NCBI GenBank assembly: GCA_016935415.1
Contig: JAFGRA010000332.1
Coordinates: 1 to 60,252 of the forward strand
From: Anaerolineales bacterium
Lineage (GTDB): Bacteria; Chloroflexota; Anaerolineae; Anaerolineales; UBA11579
Direction: 5' to 3'
DNA: 60,252 nucleotides
Part shown: in pieces, positions 8,777 to 18,161 of the stretch
How positions within the stretch are numbered: position 1 is the stretch's first letter
How the letters are laid out: every line of letters begins with the position of its first letter
Made by a program: the position numbers and the translations under genes
Notes under the pieces: generated by a model
What the model saw: only the letters and a program-made list of their open reading frames with translations
Database searches by the model: none
Told to the model about the DNA's origin: nothing

Positions 8777-9793
8777 ATGAGCAATTCTGATTTATTCTTG
8801 TATCAAGCAATTGAAGAATATCTAGATACTTTGCCAAAATCCGAACGCACCATCAAGGGTTACCGGACTGGTTTGCATTACCTGTGTGTTTCTCTTGATG
8901 ATTTGGAAGACTTTACGATTGAGGAAGCGTTGAAAAGCGCCTGGAAGCGGCCGGTAACCGATCTTACTCCGGACGTGATCGAATCCCTCTTGAAACAAAT
9001 GCGGGATAAGCGCACTGGCATTTCGGCCGCTACTGAACACGTCTATTTGATCGCTATTCGCGGTTTTCTTGAATATTTACATGATGAACGCGGCGTATCA
9101 TTGGACTTGGTTAGAATTAAAAGCTTGATCAAAAAACGCAAGCGTAAGGCCCCTACTCGGCTGCCTCATTTCCCTGAAGATGAAATCCGGAAAGTTATTG
9201 AATACGCGTTAGAATCCCGGGATTTTGCCAGCGACGACGAAAAAGAACAAATGATCTATTTGCGAGATCGGGCTTTCGTACTTACTCTCGCGGACACGGG
9301 GCTACGTGTGCATGAGGCATGCCAGCTAAAACGCGGCCAGATCAATTGGAATGAAGGCAATGCCCTAATTATTGGTAAAGGTGACAAAGAGGCCCTTGTG
9401 CGCTTCTCTGAGCGCTCAATGCGGTTGCTAAGAGTCTATCTGAACGCTCGCCAGCATTTAGACGGCTCAATGGGGATTCCCCTCTCTGCGCTGCCCGTTT
9501 TTGCCCGGCACGATCGCGGTGCGGGCCGGAAAGTATTGGCGATATCGACCAATACTGGCCGAGATATTGTTGCGCGTATGGTCGCGCGCTCAATTGGCGA
9601 AAACTATACCCAACAGATCACCCCACACTCTTTCCGGCACTTCTTTGTAACCAAGGTGCTGCGGGCTACCCAGGGGAACATGCGTATGGCCCAGGAGATG
9701 GCGCGGCATAAGAATATTGCAACCACGCAAGTCTATACGCATCTGGCTAACCCAGAGTTAGACAAAACCTACCACGACATTTTCAACACCTAA
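8777..9793 (+). CDS. tyrosine recombinase / site-specific integrase (XerC/D-like)
   Basis: Core-binding N-domain plus a catalytic R (TGLRVHE), HSFRH (H-x-x-R) and HKNIATTQVYTH (H...Y). GAGGA RBS. Confidence 0.9.
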   Translation: MSNSDLFLYQAIEEYLDTLPKSERTIKGYRTGLHYLCVSLDDLEDFTIEEALKSAWKRPVTDLTPDVIESLLKQMRDKRTGISAATEHVYLIAIRGFLEYLHDERGVSLDLVRIKSLIKKRKRKAPTRLPHFPEDEIRKVIEYALESRDFASDDEKEQMIYLRDRAFVLTLADTGLRVHEACQLKRGQINWNEGNALIIGKGDKEALVRFSERSMRLLRVYLNARQHLDGSMGIPLSALPVFARHDRGAGRKVLAISTNTGRDIVARMVARSIGENYTQQITPHSFRHFFVTKVLRATQGNMRMAQEMARHKNIATTQVYTHLANPELDKTYHDIFNT

Positions 9794-9794
9794 C

Positions 9795-10748
9795 CTATTG
9801 TGCAGCAGCCGCTTTAAGTTTGATGGCAAAATCCGAATCCAGAAAGGCTGTCCAACGTTCAGGGAAAGTATCCAGAAGAAGTTCTTGCTCTTGTGTACGC
9901 ACATCCAGGTATATTTTCAGCTGGGCTTTGTACTCCTGCTCGACATCTGGAATTGTGCTGCTTACTGAATTCCAATCGGCAAGCAGGGCTGAGATATAAC
10001 GCGTGGCAAAAGCCGCATCATTCAGGTCCCCCAGGTGATCCTGGATCTCTTTGAGTTGCAGAATCAAGTTGTCGTATTCTTTCCCCAATACACTTTCGAA
10101 AAATTCAATCACGTAACGCAGCCGCTTGAACGCGATCCTCAGTCGGTGCAATTGGTGCACGTTGTTTGAATTCACCGCGTCTTCATGTTTGAAGACCGAG
10201 TACAAGCGTTTTTCAATGATAGCCGGCAATTCAGTTTCGATTTTCTCCGGCCGAGTATCTTGTGGTTCTTTCAAGAAGACGCTGTAACTCTGTAATAAAT
10301 TTTGGTACGAATAACTATCAAGAAAATCTATGATCTCAGTTTGTGCCTTTACCCGATAATATTTCCAGATTGCAATTAATCCATAAAGATCATCAGCCTG
10401 GTCGGCTGGTAATTCAAACAAGTGCAAGTTGAATTTATCGATCAAGATATCCAGGTCGCGTCCGCGTCCCAACGCGCGTCCAAGATTGCGTAGCTCATCA
10501 TTGATATCCTGGATTTTCTGAATAGATTCATCAAGAAAGAAGCCCTTGAATACTCGCACAGCTACTCGCTGCCGGCGGACAGAGACGCGCATGTCGTGGA
10601 GTTCTTCGATATCCTCCCCCACTCTTGTCCCAGGTTCGTGATGCAATGTCTTCTTGTAAAGAGCGTCTAGTACACTAGTACAGACGTTGGCGATCTTGGA
10701 TTGAGAAGAAAAGATGGGATAGGGAAACGGGTCGGGAGTTGTCAGCAT
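9795..10748 (-). CDS. CHAD domain-containing protein
   Basis: Repeated HxxR(I/V)xxKRLRY-type CHAD helices (HDMRVSVRRQR; HRLRIAFKRLRYVIEFF). The start is uncertain: ATG 10748 or TTG 10766. Confidence 0.8.
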   Translation of the reverse strand: MLTTPDPFPYPIFSSQSKIANVCTSVLDALYKKTLHHEPGTRVGEDIEELHDMRVSVRRQRVAVRVFKGFFLDESIQKIQDINDELRNLGRALGRGRDLDILIDKFNLHLFELPADQADDLYGLIAIWKYYRVKAQTEIIDFLDSYSYQNLLQSYSVFLKEPQDTRPEKIETELPAIIEKRLYSVFKHEDAVNSNNVHQLHRLRIAFKRLRYVIEFFESVLGKEYDNLILQLKEIQDHLGDLNDAAFATRYISALLADWNSVSSTIPDVEQEYKAQLKIYLDVRTQEQELLLDTFPERWTAFLDSDFAIKLKAAAAQ

Positions 10749-10800
10749 CAAGGCACATCCATACAAGTTTTTGTTATTTTAGCCCATTATCGTTTTCCTG

Positions 10801-10829
10801 TTGACGGCAAATTCAGAAACCATTATAGT
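10801..10829 (+). promoter_or_regulatory. sigma70-type promoter of ppk1
   Basis: TTGACG (10801-10806), 17 nt spacer, TATAGT (10824-10829). Confidence 0.5.
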
Positions 10830-10877
10830 TAACTTGAAACTCAACCTAACCAATTACAAGTTGATTGAAAACCTATT

Positions 10878-13013
10878 ATGGCAAAAGAAGATAAAAAAGA
10901 ACAGTATAACCTGGATGATCCTGCGCTTTACATCAATCGCGAATTGAGTATGCTGGAATTCCAATGGCGAGTTCTGGATGAAGCGTTTGATAAGAAAAAT
11001 CCTCTGCTGGAGCGGATATTTTTTCTATCGATTGTAAGCAGCAATCTGGATGAGTTCTTTATGGTTCGCGTCGGCGGACTAAAGATGCAGCTTGATGCGG
11101 GCGTGTTAGATTTTTCGATTGATGGTCTGACCCCAGCAGAGCAATTGGCCGCTATTCGCAAAGAAGCGCTCAAATTAATGGTAGAAGTGCGCAAATGCCT
11201 GGCCAATGAATTAACACCGGCGCTCAACGATGCTGGTATTCACATTCTTAACTATACCGAGCTTAGCGATAAACAGAAAGAGAATATCGACGATTACTTT
11301 GACGAAATCATCTTTCCTGTTTTGACACCCTTGGCATTCGATCCAGGGCATCCTTTTCCTCACATCTCTAATTTAAGCTTAAACCTGGCTGTTTTGATTG
11401 AGGATGAAGAAGGCGTGCAGCATTTTGCGCGCGTGAAGGTGCCTGCTTCTTTGCCGCGTCTGGTTCCAATTAAACGTTCTTCAGGTGGCGTGCGTAGGGA
11501 TGGCACGGTGCCGTACAATCATTATTTTGTTTGGATTGAGGAAGTGGTTGCTGCGAATTTGGCATCCTTGTTCCCTGGTATGAAAGTTGTCCAATCACAT
11601 CCTTTCCGAGTTACACGCAATGCCGATATGATCATTCAGGAATTGGAAGCATCCGACTTGCTGGAAACAATGGAAGAAAGTGTTCGCAAACGTCGTTTTG
11701 GAAATGTTGTCCGCCTTTCAGTGAATGCCAATATGCCTAACCGTATCCTCGAGATTTTGATTAATAATCTTGAAGTAGACAACCGCGATGTCTATATTCT
11801 CAAAGGCGCACTTGGCCTCAGTAGCTTGATGCAGCTATATAAGCTCATCGAACGCTATGATTTGAAATATAAACCTTTCTTTCCAGCAACCCCCTCCCTT
11901 CTGCGCTTTGCAGCCAGTCCGGATGACGGCTCGATCTTCTCGGCTATTCGCCGGCAGGACATCCTGCTGCATCATCCCTACGATTCATTTGTGCCGGTCA
12001 TTGATTTCTTGAAGCATGCTGCCCGTGATCCAAATGTATTGGCCATCAAGCAGACCTTATATAGAGTTGGCTCAAACTCCCCCATTGTAAAATCACTTCT
12101 GGAGGCGCGCCGAGACTACGGCAAACAGGTTGCCGCGCTGGTAGAACTCAAGGCTCGTTTTGATGAGGAGAGCAATATCGGTTGGGCCAGAATGCTCGAG
12201 CGCGAAGGTGTCCACGTAACTTATGGTTTATTGGGATTAAAGACGCATTCGAAGATTACTTTGGTTGTGCGCAAGGAGGGCGAACATATTCGCCGGTATG
12301 TCCATTTAGGTACGGGCAACTATAATCACATCACGGCACAGCTTTACGAAGACATTGGTATGTTTACCTGCGACGAAGAAATTGGTGCAGACGCCTCAGA
12401 CTTGTTCAATTATCTCACTGGCTATTCTTCCAAAAATAATTATTGCAAATTGTTGGTTGCTCCGATCAATTTGCGCGAAAGGTTTGAAGAGATGATTCGT
12501 GAGGAGATTGAACTGCAAAAGCAGGGCGAACAGGGTCATCTAATTTTCAAGATGAATGCCCTCGTCGACAAGCATATGATCAGATTGCTCTACGAGGCTT
12601 CTCAGGTTGGGATCAAAGTTGATCTATTGGTCAGGGGGATTTGTTGTCTACGGCCTGGCATTGAAGGCCTAAGTGAAAATATCCGCGTAATCAGTATCGT
12701 TGGGCGCTTCTTGGAACATAGCCGCATTTATTATTTCAAACATGGTGGTTCTGAGACTGTATATATGGGCAGTGCTGATCTTATGCCGCGCAACTTGAAT
12801 CAGCGTGTCGAAGTCTTATTTCCTGTAAATGACCCGCGTATTATCCGCCACATCCGCGATACGATCTTAGAAACTTACCTGACTGACAATGTCAAGTCAC
12901 GGATCATGCAACCAGATGGCAGCTATAAACGCGTTCAAATGAAAGATGGCGAGAAAGACCTTCATGCCCAATTTGACCTGATAAAAAGATATCAATTGGC
13001 CAGCGAGCTATAA
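10878..13013 (+). CDS. ppk1: polyphosphate kinase 1
   Basis: 711 aa with the typical PPK1 N-terminus (NRELSMLEFQWRVLDEA), the region around the phosphorylated His and two PLD-like C-domains (HSKITLV, LEHSRIYYF). Confidence 0.95.
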   Translation: MAKEDKKEQYNLDDPALYINRELSMLEFQWRVLDEAFDKKNPLLERIFFLSIVSSNLDEFFMVRVGGLKMQLDAGVLDFSIDGLTPAEQLAAIRKEALKLMVEVRKCLANELTPALNDAGIHILNYTELSDKQKENIDDYFDEIIFPVLTPLAFDPGHPFPHISNLSLNLAVLIEDEEGVQHFARVKVPASLPRLVPIKRSSGGVRRDGTVPYNHYFVWIEEVVAANLASLFPGMKVVQSHPFRVTRNADMIIQELEASDLLETMEESVRKRRFGNVVRLSVNANMPNRILEILINNLEVDNRDVYILKGALGLSSLMQLYKLIERYDLKYKPFFPATPSLLRFAASPDDGSIFSAIRRQDILLHHPYDSFVPVIDFLKHAARDPNVLAIKQTLYRVGSNSPIVKSLLEARRDYGKQVAALVELKARFDEESNIGWARMLEREGVHVTYGLLGLKTHSKITLVVRKEGEHIRRYVHLGTGNYNHITAQLYEDIGMFTCDEEIGADASDLFNYLTGYSSKNNYCKLLVAPINLRERFEEMIREEIELQKQGEQGHLIFKMNALVDKHMIRLLYEASQVGIKVDLLVRGICCLRPGIEGLSENIRVISIVGRFLEHSRIYYFKHGGSETVYMGSADLMPRNLNQRVEVLFPVNDPRIIRHIRDTILETYLTDNVKSRIMQPDGSYKRVQMKDGEKDLHAQFDLIKRYQLASEL

Positions 13014-13020
13014 TTTTGGA

Positions 13021-13923
13021 TTACCGGTAAATTTCTGGCACGAAAGTTTGATCGGAAAGCGGCGGGCGGACGTAACCTGTGTCCTCTTGTCGTGAAGGTA
13101 TTTCGATTGGCTTTGGGGTGAGGTCTTCGTATGGGATCATGCTAAGTAAGTGGCTGATACAATTTAGCCGGGCGTGCCGTTTTACGTCTGCATTGACAAC
13201 ATACCAAGGTGCTTGCTTGATATCTGTATGGGCAAACATCTGATCCTTTGCCTTGGAATAATCTATCCACCGATTGATCGACTCTAGATCCATCGGACTC
13301 AGTTTCCAGCGCTTCACCGGATCGTGATTGCGAGATTGGAAACGTTTTTCCTGTTCTTCATCACTGACTGAAAACCAGTACTTAATCAAGATAATGCCTG
13401 AACGGACCAGCATCCGTTCAAACTCTGGACATGAGCGCAGATATTCCTGATACTCTCTTTGCGTACAAAAGCCCATCACCGGCTCGACCAGGGCACGGTT
13501 ATACCAACTGCGGTCGAATAAAACCATCTCACCGGCGGCTGGCAACTGCGCCACATAACGCTGGAACCACCATTGTGATTTTTCGCGCTCTGTTGGTGTT
13601 CCCAGGGCTACAACTCGGACAATGCGAGGGTTTAAGCATTGCGTGATCCGTTTGATCACGCCTCCTTTACCGGCAGCATCGCGGCCTTCGAAAAGGACCA
13701 CAACTTTCAATCCCTTTTGTTTGACCCACTCTTGAAGTTTGACCAGTTCTATCTGGAGTCTTTCCAGTTCACTTTCGTAGTCCTGCTTCGTAATGATCGC
13801 TTTGGGGGCTTTGCGACGTTTATCCGACTTAAGTTTGAATTTGATGGATTGATTGTGCTTTGAATTCCCCTTCCCTGATTGCTTTTTTCTCTTTTTGTCC
13901 TTCTTTTTCTTGTCTTTCGCCAT
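13021..13923 (-). CDS. ppk2: polyphosphate kinase 2 family protein with Lys-rich N-terminal tail
   Basis: PPK2 core (VVLFEGRDAAGKGG Walker A, RSWYNR, lid region). ATG at 13923 behind a GGAG RBS. Confidence 0.88.
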   Translation of the reverse strand: MAKDKKKKDKKRKKQSGKGNSKHNQSIKFKLKSDKRRKAPKAIITKQDYESELERLQIELVKLQEWVKQKGLKVVVLFEGRDAAGKGGVIKRITQCLNPRIVRVVALGTPTEREKSQWWFQRYVAQLPAAGEMVLFDRSWYNRALVEPVMGFCTQREYQEYLRSCPEFERMLVRSGIILIKYWFSVSDEEQEKRFQSRNHDPVKRWKLSPMDLESINRWIDYSKAKDQMFAHTDIKQAPWYVVNADVKRHARLNCISHLLSMIPYEDLTPKPIEIPSRQEDTGYVRPPLSDQTFVPEIYR

Positions 13924-14069
13924 ATCAACTGCTCCTGTTTTTATGGTGTTTTCAAAAAACCTCTCTACTACTATACAAATTTTCGCATTGAAAAGCAACT
14001 TTTGTAATTTTTGGGGAACAGATGTTTGAAATTTAGCTTATTGTGTTATAATGGCTATGCGCATTAAAT

Positions 14070-14103
14070 AATGAAAAATAAAAGGTAGACAAAATGTCTA
14101 CCT
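14070..14103 (-). terminator. intrinsic terminator ending the hdr-mvh operon
   Basis: Minus strand: AGGTAGAC-ATTTT-GTCTACCT stem followed by TTTTATTTTTC. Confidence 0.7.
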
Positions 14104-14118
14104 TTCTCTCATGCTGTC

Positions 14119-14589
14119 TTATGCATTCCAGGCAGCAGCCAATTGTGTCCTTGTGAAGCCGAGCCGCTCCATCGTTGCTCTTGCTACTTGGGTCATTAGT
14201 CCATACCCAAATGCCGAGTCTTCCCTACACATGTCCAACAATGCATTCGCATCGACTCTGATAGCTTCTCCGCTTGCGGTCATCTTTGCCATTGCCGTGA
14301 ACTTGCGTGGTTCAATCACCGCAGAAAGGCCAAAAGCCTCTCCAGGGTTGATCTCGCCAACCTGGAATTCTTTGCGCAACTCGGTATTGATATGGTCAAA
14401 AACGACATAGTGGAGTTCAACAGCTCCGCTCATCAACATATAAAGCGCATCCCCGGCAGCATCGCTTTCAAATACCACATCGCCTTCATCAAGCTCAATC
14501 TCTTCAGAGATCATGGCAACTTTTTGAAACTGTTCTTCGTTCATAAATCCGAAGAACGGATAACGCCTGAGTAATTCTGGTGAAATCAT
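14119..14589 (-). CDS. cyclic nucleotide-binding domain protein (no DNA-binding domain)
   Basis: 156 aa with a cNMP-binding beta-roll pattern (PFFGFMNEEQF...GD.LY.L.SG.V...GE.FG). No HTH is present. AAAGGATGGG RBS. Confidence 0.75.
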   Translation of the reverse strand: MISPELLRRYPFFGFMNEEQFQKVAMISEEIELDEGDVVFESDAAGDALYMLMSGAVELHYVVFDHINTELRKEFQVGEINPGEAFGLSAVIEPRKFTAMAKMTASGEAIRVDANALLDMCREDSAFGYGLMTQVARATMERLGFTRTQLAAAWNA

Positions 14590-14628
14590 CGTCCCATCCT
14601 TTTGAAGTTATTTCATCTGTGAAGTCAT

Positions 14629-15096
14629 TTATTTGATCAACGCGCATACTTTGTCTACAGCTTCGTTTACTGCGCTTGCCACATCCGGCGTCAGTTCTTC
14701 CGCGAAGTCATACACTCGATGTGCCTCGATGCCAATCACGTGTACATCCTCAGGAATATACACATCCATCATTCTGCCCATTTCTAGCGCGGTCATCAGT
14801 GAAGTATCGTGTACAGATGTAGTATGCCCACCAGTTGGATCAGGTAATTCAGCCAATGGGAAACTATGGATTTCACCGGGCTTTCCACCTTCGGTTATGA
14901 TCGCGTCCACAATAATCACGCGGTCATAACCTGCCATATGCTCCATCAACCGGATTCCACCAACTGACAAGAAAGCATAATCCACACCATTCTTGCCCAA
15001 ACGCTCCTGAACATTTTCTACAACCACCCACCCCACCCTATCATCCCCCAGGATGGGGTTCCCCAGACCAATGACCAACATTTTCTCATCAACCAT
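14629..15096 (-). CDS. hydrogenase maturation endopeptidase (HycI/FrhD family)
   Basis: MLVIGLGNPILGDDRVGW and the downstream D/H metal ligands are typical. The start is ambiguous (15096, 15081, or GTG 15108). Confidence 0.85.
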   Translation of the reverse strand: MVDEKMLVIGLGNPILGDDRVGWVVVENVQERLGKNGVDYAFLSVGGIRLMEHMAGYDRVIIVDAIITEGGKPGEIHSFPLAELPDPTGGHTTSVHDTSLMTALEMGRMMDVYIPEDVHVIGIEAHRVYDFAEELTPDVASAVNEAVDKVCALIK

Positions 15097-15110
15097 TATT
15101 AGGTTCACCT

Positions 15111-15149
15111 AATAATCCCCACCCAGTAGATTTCTGAGTGGGGATTATT
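15111..15149 (-). repeat. 12-bp intercistronic stem-loop between mvhA and the protease gene
   Basis: AATAATCCCCAC (15111-15122) pairs perfectly with GTGGGGATTATT (15138-15149). No clear U-tract follows. Confidence 0.6.
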
Positions 15150-15156
15150 TTATGCT

Positions 15157-16644
15157 TTAGCAATACTGCTGGAGCACTTCAACAACTTCGCCATCAGCAT
15201 CACGGATCTTTACCTCAAGCGGCATTTGTCCGGGCAGCGAGTGGGTTGCGCAGCCAAAACAAGGATCATAGGAGCGGAAGGCCATCTCAACTTTATTGAG
15301 CAGCCCATCCGTCACCACAGTCCCTTTCGTGATCAGCGCTTGCGCAGCCTTTTTGATCGACAGCGTGATGGGCGCATTGTTATTGGTGGTGCCAACGATC
15401 AAATTGACTTTAGTCAAAATGCCGTTCTCGTCTGTCCAGTAGTGATGTGTTAGTGTGCCACGCGGAGCCTCTACCGAACCTACACCCTCTGTAGGCACTT
15501 CCGTAACAGGCGCTCTGGTGTTTGGATCAATAATTTCTGGATCATTGATCAATTCTTCCATGCGCTCAGCAGCATACAGAAGTTCAACCAGGCGTGCCCA
15601 GTGCGCCGCTAAGGTGTGGTGCACCGGTTGATAGCGTCCATTAACCTTCTTGCTTCCCAGCGTCTCATAGAACTTCTCGTAAGCTTCCTGGGCTTTGGGG
15701 GTCGCCATGCCATCGGCCGCGTTCAGGCGTGAGAGCGGCGTAGCAGCATACATGCCACTATCCTTACCATCCACAAAGCCTTTCCAGCCAACATTCTTGA
15801 GATACGGGAATTTCAGGTACGACCACGGTTCCACGCGTTCGGCGATATGCTTGGCATAATCCTTGGCGGGATACTTGACAAATTCTTCTCCATCGGGAGC
15901 TACAACCCGGATCATACCATCGTAGAAATTGGTGAGATTGTTCTCGTCCACCGTCCCCATGTAGTAAATCTGTTGGGTATAAGGATCAGACAAGATCATA
16001 TCGACATAGGCCGAATTCCCAAGCACAACATCGTTGAAGAGTTGCAAGCTGAACAAGGCGAATTCAACGTTCTGCTTCGCGATCTCTTTGAACTCTTCCT
16101 GCATCTCCTTGGAGATCGCCTTACTCCAGCCGCCGGGCAAACCAGCCACCGGATGCACACCGCGACCGCCCACTTCCTGGATGACGTGATGGTTACGTTG
16201 GCGGCAGGCAATCACCTGTCCACCAATCTCCAAACCAACTTTATGGATCACGCCCAGGATATTACGTTCGGCTGCAGGCGATTCCGGCCCCATTACAAAG
16301 TCCGGTCCACCCAGCGCGTAGAAGTGCGTGGTGTGGTCGGTCACATAGAAAGCGGAATAGAACATTTCCCGGACTTTCTTTGCTGCGGGGGTAGGTTCTA
16401 CATGGAAAAGGGCATCCAGCGCCTTGGACGCGGCCATATGGTGCGCTTCTGGGCAAACACCGCAAATCCGGTTTGTGATTCGCGGCATCTCTTCAGCCGG
16501 ACGGCCGACACAGAACTGCTCGAAACCACGCAATTCCGGGATCTGGAAATAGGTGTTAGCAACGTCACCTTCTTCATTCAGGAAAATCTCAATTTTCCCG
16601 TGGCCTTCCAGCCTGGTGATGGGGTCAATTGTGATGCGTTCCAT
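15157..16644 (-). CDS. mvhA: [NiFe] hydrogenase large subunit, Mvh/group 3c type
   Basis: N-terminal RLEGHG and [11 protein letters not shown], and C-terminal DPCFGCATH NiFe ligands. The start overlaps the mvhG stop by 1 nt (TAATG). Confidence 0.92.
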   Translation of the reverse strand: MERITIDPITRLEGHGKIEIFLNEEGDVANTYFQIPELRGFEQFCVGRPAEEMPRITNRICGVCPEAHHMAASKALDALFHVEPTPAAKKVREMFYSAFYVTDHTTHFYALGGPDFVMGPESPAAERNILGVIHKVGLEIGGQVIACRQRNHHVIQEVGGRGVHPVAGLPGGWSKAISKEMQEEFKEIAKQNVEFALFSLQLFNDVVLGNSAYVDMILSDPYTQQIYYMGTVDENNLTNFYDGMIRVVAPDGEEFVKYPAKDYAKHIAERVEPWSYLKFPYLKNVGWKGFVDGKDSGMYAATPLSRLNAADGMATPKAQEAYEKFYETLGSKKVNGRYQPVHHTLAAHWARLVELLYAAERMEELINDPEIIDPNTRAPVTEVPTEGVGSVEAPRGTLTHHYWTDENGILTKVNLIVGTTNNNAPITLSIKKAAQALITKGTVVTDGLLNKVEMAFRSYDPCFGCATHSLPGQMPLEVKIRDADGEVVEVLQQYC

Positions 16645-17672
16645 TATGCATCTCCTTTTCCATTGTGCCCGTTGGTCTTGGCGCGGTGCAGGATCGAATG
16701 CGCCATGCTAAACCGATAGAAAGTACCCACCGGGTCTGGAATAGTATCCAGGGCATCGTTGATGCGCTTCTCGATCGCGGCCTCGTCTTCGCCAGGCACG
16801 CCAGAAGCTTCGATCACCGAAGCTACTGCCGCCAGCATGCGCGCCCCCTGATCTTCCACGGCACCTAAACCACCGTAGCAACCGCGACATCCCATCCCCA
16901 CTTGCGGGCAGCGCGCCCCACAGCCGCTACGCGTTGCCGGTCCAAGGCATACCAATCCTTGTTCGAGCAAACACACACCCGGTTCCGGGGTGATCTCGTA
17001 AGGACGATAGAAACGCTCGATTGTCTTGGTGCCTTTCTCCATCGGGCATTCTTCACAAAGCGCAACTTCACCTGCGCCAACAATCGATCCCTTGGGTGGC
17101 AAAGCCGCTCCTTGCGTCAGCGCGCCAACTACAACTTCCAGGACAGCCCAGATTTGATGTGGTTCTGGCGGGCAGCCTGGGATGGTGTAATCAACATCGA
17201 CGACCTGATCGAGAGACTTAACCGTGTTGTACATATAGGGAATGTACAACTCACCTTCTTCGACCACAGTTACCGGTTGCGGCACAATTCCATCAGGATT
17301 ATCCAAAGTCTCGTTTTCCAAGAAAACTGTTTTTAGGGTTGCTTCTTTGCTAGTCAGGTTCGATAGCGCCGGGATACAACCCTCATAAGCGCAGGAGCCA
17401 AACGCGACCAGGAATTTCGATTTCTGCCGCAGCAATTTCGCAACCTCTTCATTCTCTGAAGAGCGAATAGCACCATTGAACAAGCATACATCGATATACC
17501 CATCAGGGTAGTTGCGGACATGTTCATACTTGAAATCCGCCGCCACCGGCCAGAAAGCAACGTCGAATACCTCATCTACGACCAGAAGCTTGTCATGGAT
17601 GTTTAGAGTAGCGATTTCACATCCGCCACAAGAGGCGGCCCAATACATCCCAAATTTCGGTTTCTCACTCAT
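16644..17672 (-). CDS. mvhG: [NiFe] hydrogenase small subunit, Mvh/group 3c type
   Basis: Small-subunit Fe-S cysteine pattern (SCGGCE..., GSCA..GC, CPxxGxGCRGC). No Tat signal, so the enzyme is predicted cytoplasmic. Confidence 0.88.
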   Translation of the reverse strand: MSEKPKFGMYWAASCGGCEIATLNIHDKLLVVDEVFDVAFWPVAADFKYEHVRNYPDGYIDVCLFNGAIRSSENEEVAKLLRQKSKFLVAFGSCAYEGCIPALSNLTSKEATLKTVFLENETLDNPDGIVPQPVTVVEEGELYIPYMYNTVKSLDQVVDVDYTIPGCPPEPHQIWAVLEVVVGALTQGAALPPKGSIVGAGEVALCEECPMEKGTKTIERFYRPYEITPEPGVCLLEQGLVCLGPATRSGCGARCPQVGMGCRGCYGGLGAVEDQGARMLAAVASVIEASGVPGEDEAAIEKRINDALDTIPDPVGTFYRFSMAHSILHRAKTNGHNGKGDA

Positions 17673-18148
17673 GCGGGCACCTCCTCTGTTTCATGGTGTG
17701 GGGCTAAGGCGAATTCATCGTGGTCAACATCCAACATACCCGGCCAGTCCAGCGGGCCAAGTTCCCTGACTTCTTCAACGATTTTATTGATTTCATGCGC
17801 CAGGCGGACGCCTTCGGCCGCACTGGCCCATATCAGCTTGAAGCGATCCGGTTCGATCCCCATTTGAACCAGCACACGCTTCAAGAGCATGAACCGGCGC
17901 ATGGCCTTGTAATTCTGCTCCAGATAGTGGCACTCGCCCGGATGGCAACCAGTCACCATAACTGCGTCGGCGCCTCCTTCGAATGCCTTGAGTACGAAAT
18001 CTGGCTGCAAGCGGCCCGAACACATCAAGCGGATTAGACGGATATTGGGCGGGTATTTCTCACGCGAGATTCCCGCCAGGTCGGCAGCCCGATAGCTGCA
18101 CCAGTTACAAGTAAAACCAATTACCAACGGCTCAAAATGTTCACTCAT
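17669..18148 (-). CDS. mvhD: methyl-viologen-reducing hydrogenase delta subunit
   Basis: FTCNWCSY...RLMCSGR...GCHPGECHY, the canonical MvhD/FlpD motif set. 4-nt overlap with mvhG. Confidence 0.92.
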   Translation of the reverse strand: MSEHFEPLVIGFTCNWCSYRAADLAGISREKYPPNIRLIRLMCSGRLQPDFVLKAFEGGADAVMVTGCHPGECHYLEQNYKAMRRFMLLKRVLVQMGIEPDRFKLIWASAAEGVRLAHEINKIVEEVRELGPLDWPGMLDVDHDEFALAPHHETEEVPA

Positions 18149-18161
18149 AGTCAGTCTCCCT

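Noticed and set aside
14053-14063. GGCTATGCGCA recurs at 14053, at 41833, and with one mismatch at 55346. Each copy lies just after a TATAAT-like sequence.
   Set aside because: Exact 11-12-mers are expected to recur by chance many times in 2 x 60 kb. Two of the copies lie at gene ends on the opposite strand, and nothing else is shared.
8520-14110. Integrated mobile element delimited by att direct repeats around the recombinase and polyP block.
   Set aside because: I found no second copy of the 8706-8739 site or any flanking direct repeat. There are no phage, transposase or conjugation genes. The tRNA at 4745 is 4 kb away and wrongly oriented. I kept only the compositional observation as a finding.
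15847-16719. Long plus-strand ORF (290 aa). Similar antisense ORFs occur at 18936-19796, 25851-26729, 28792-29565, 35176-35943, 44575-45540, 53962-54945 and 50341-51078.
   Set aside because: Each lies entirely opposite a confidently recognised gene (mvhA, hdrA, metVF, malic enzyme, acsB, ade, the binding protein, the SLC13 permease). Each has an Arg/His/Gly-rich, motif-free composition typical of antisense frames in GC-neutral or GC-rich coding DNA.
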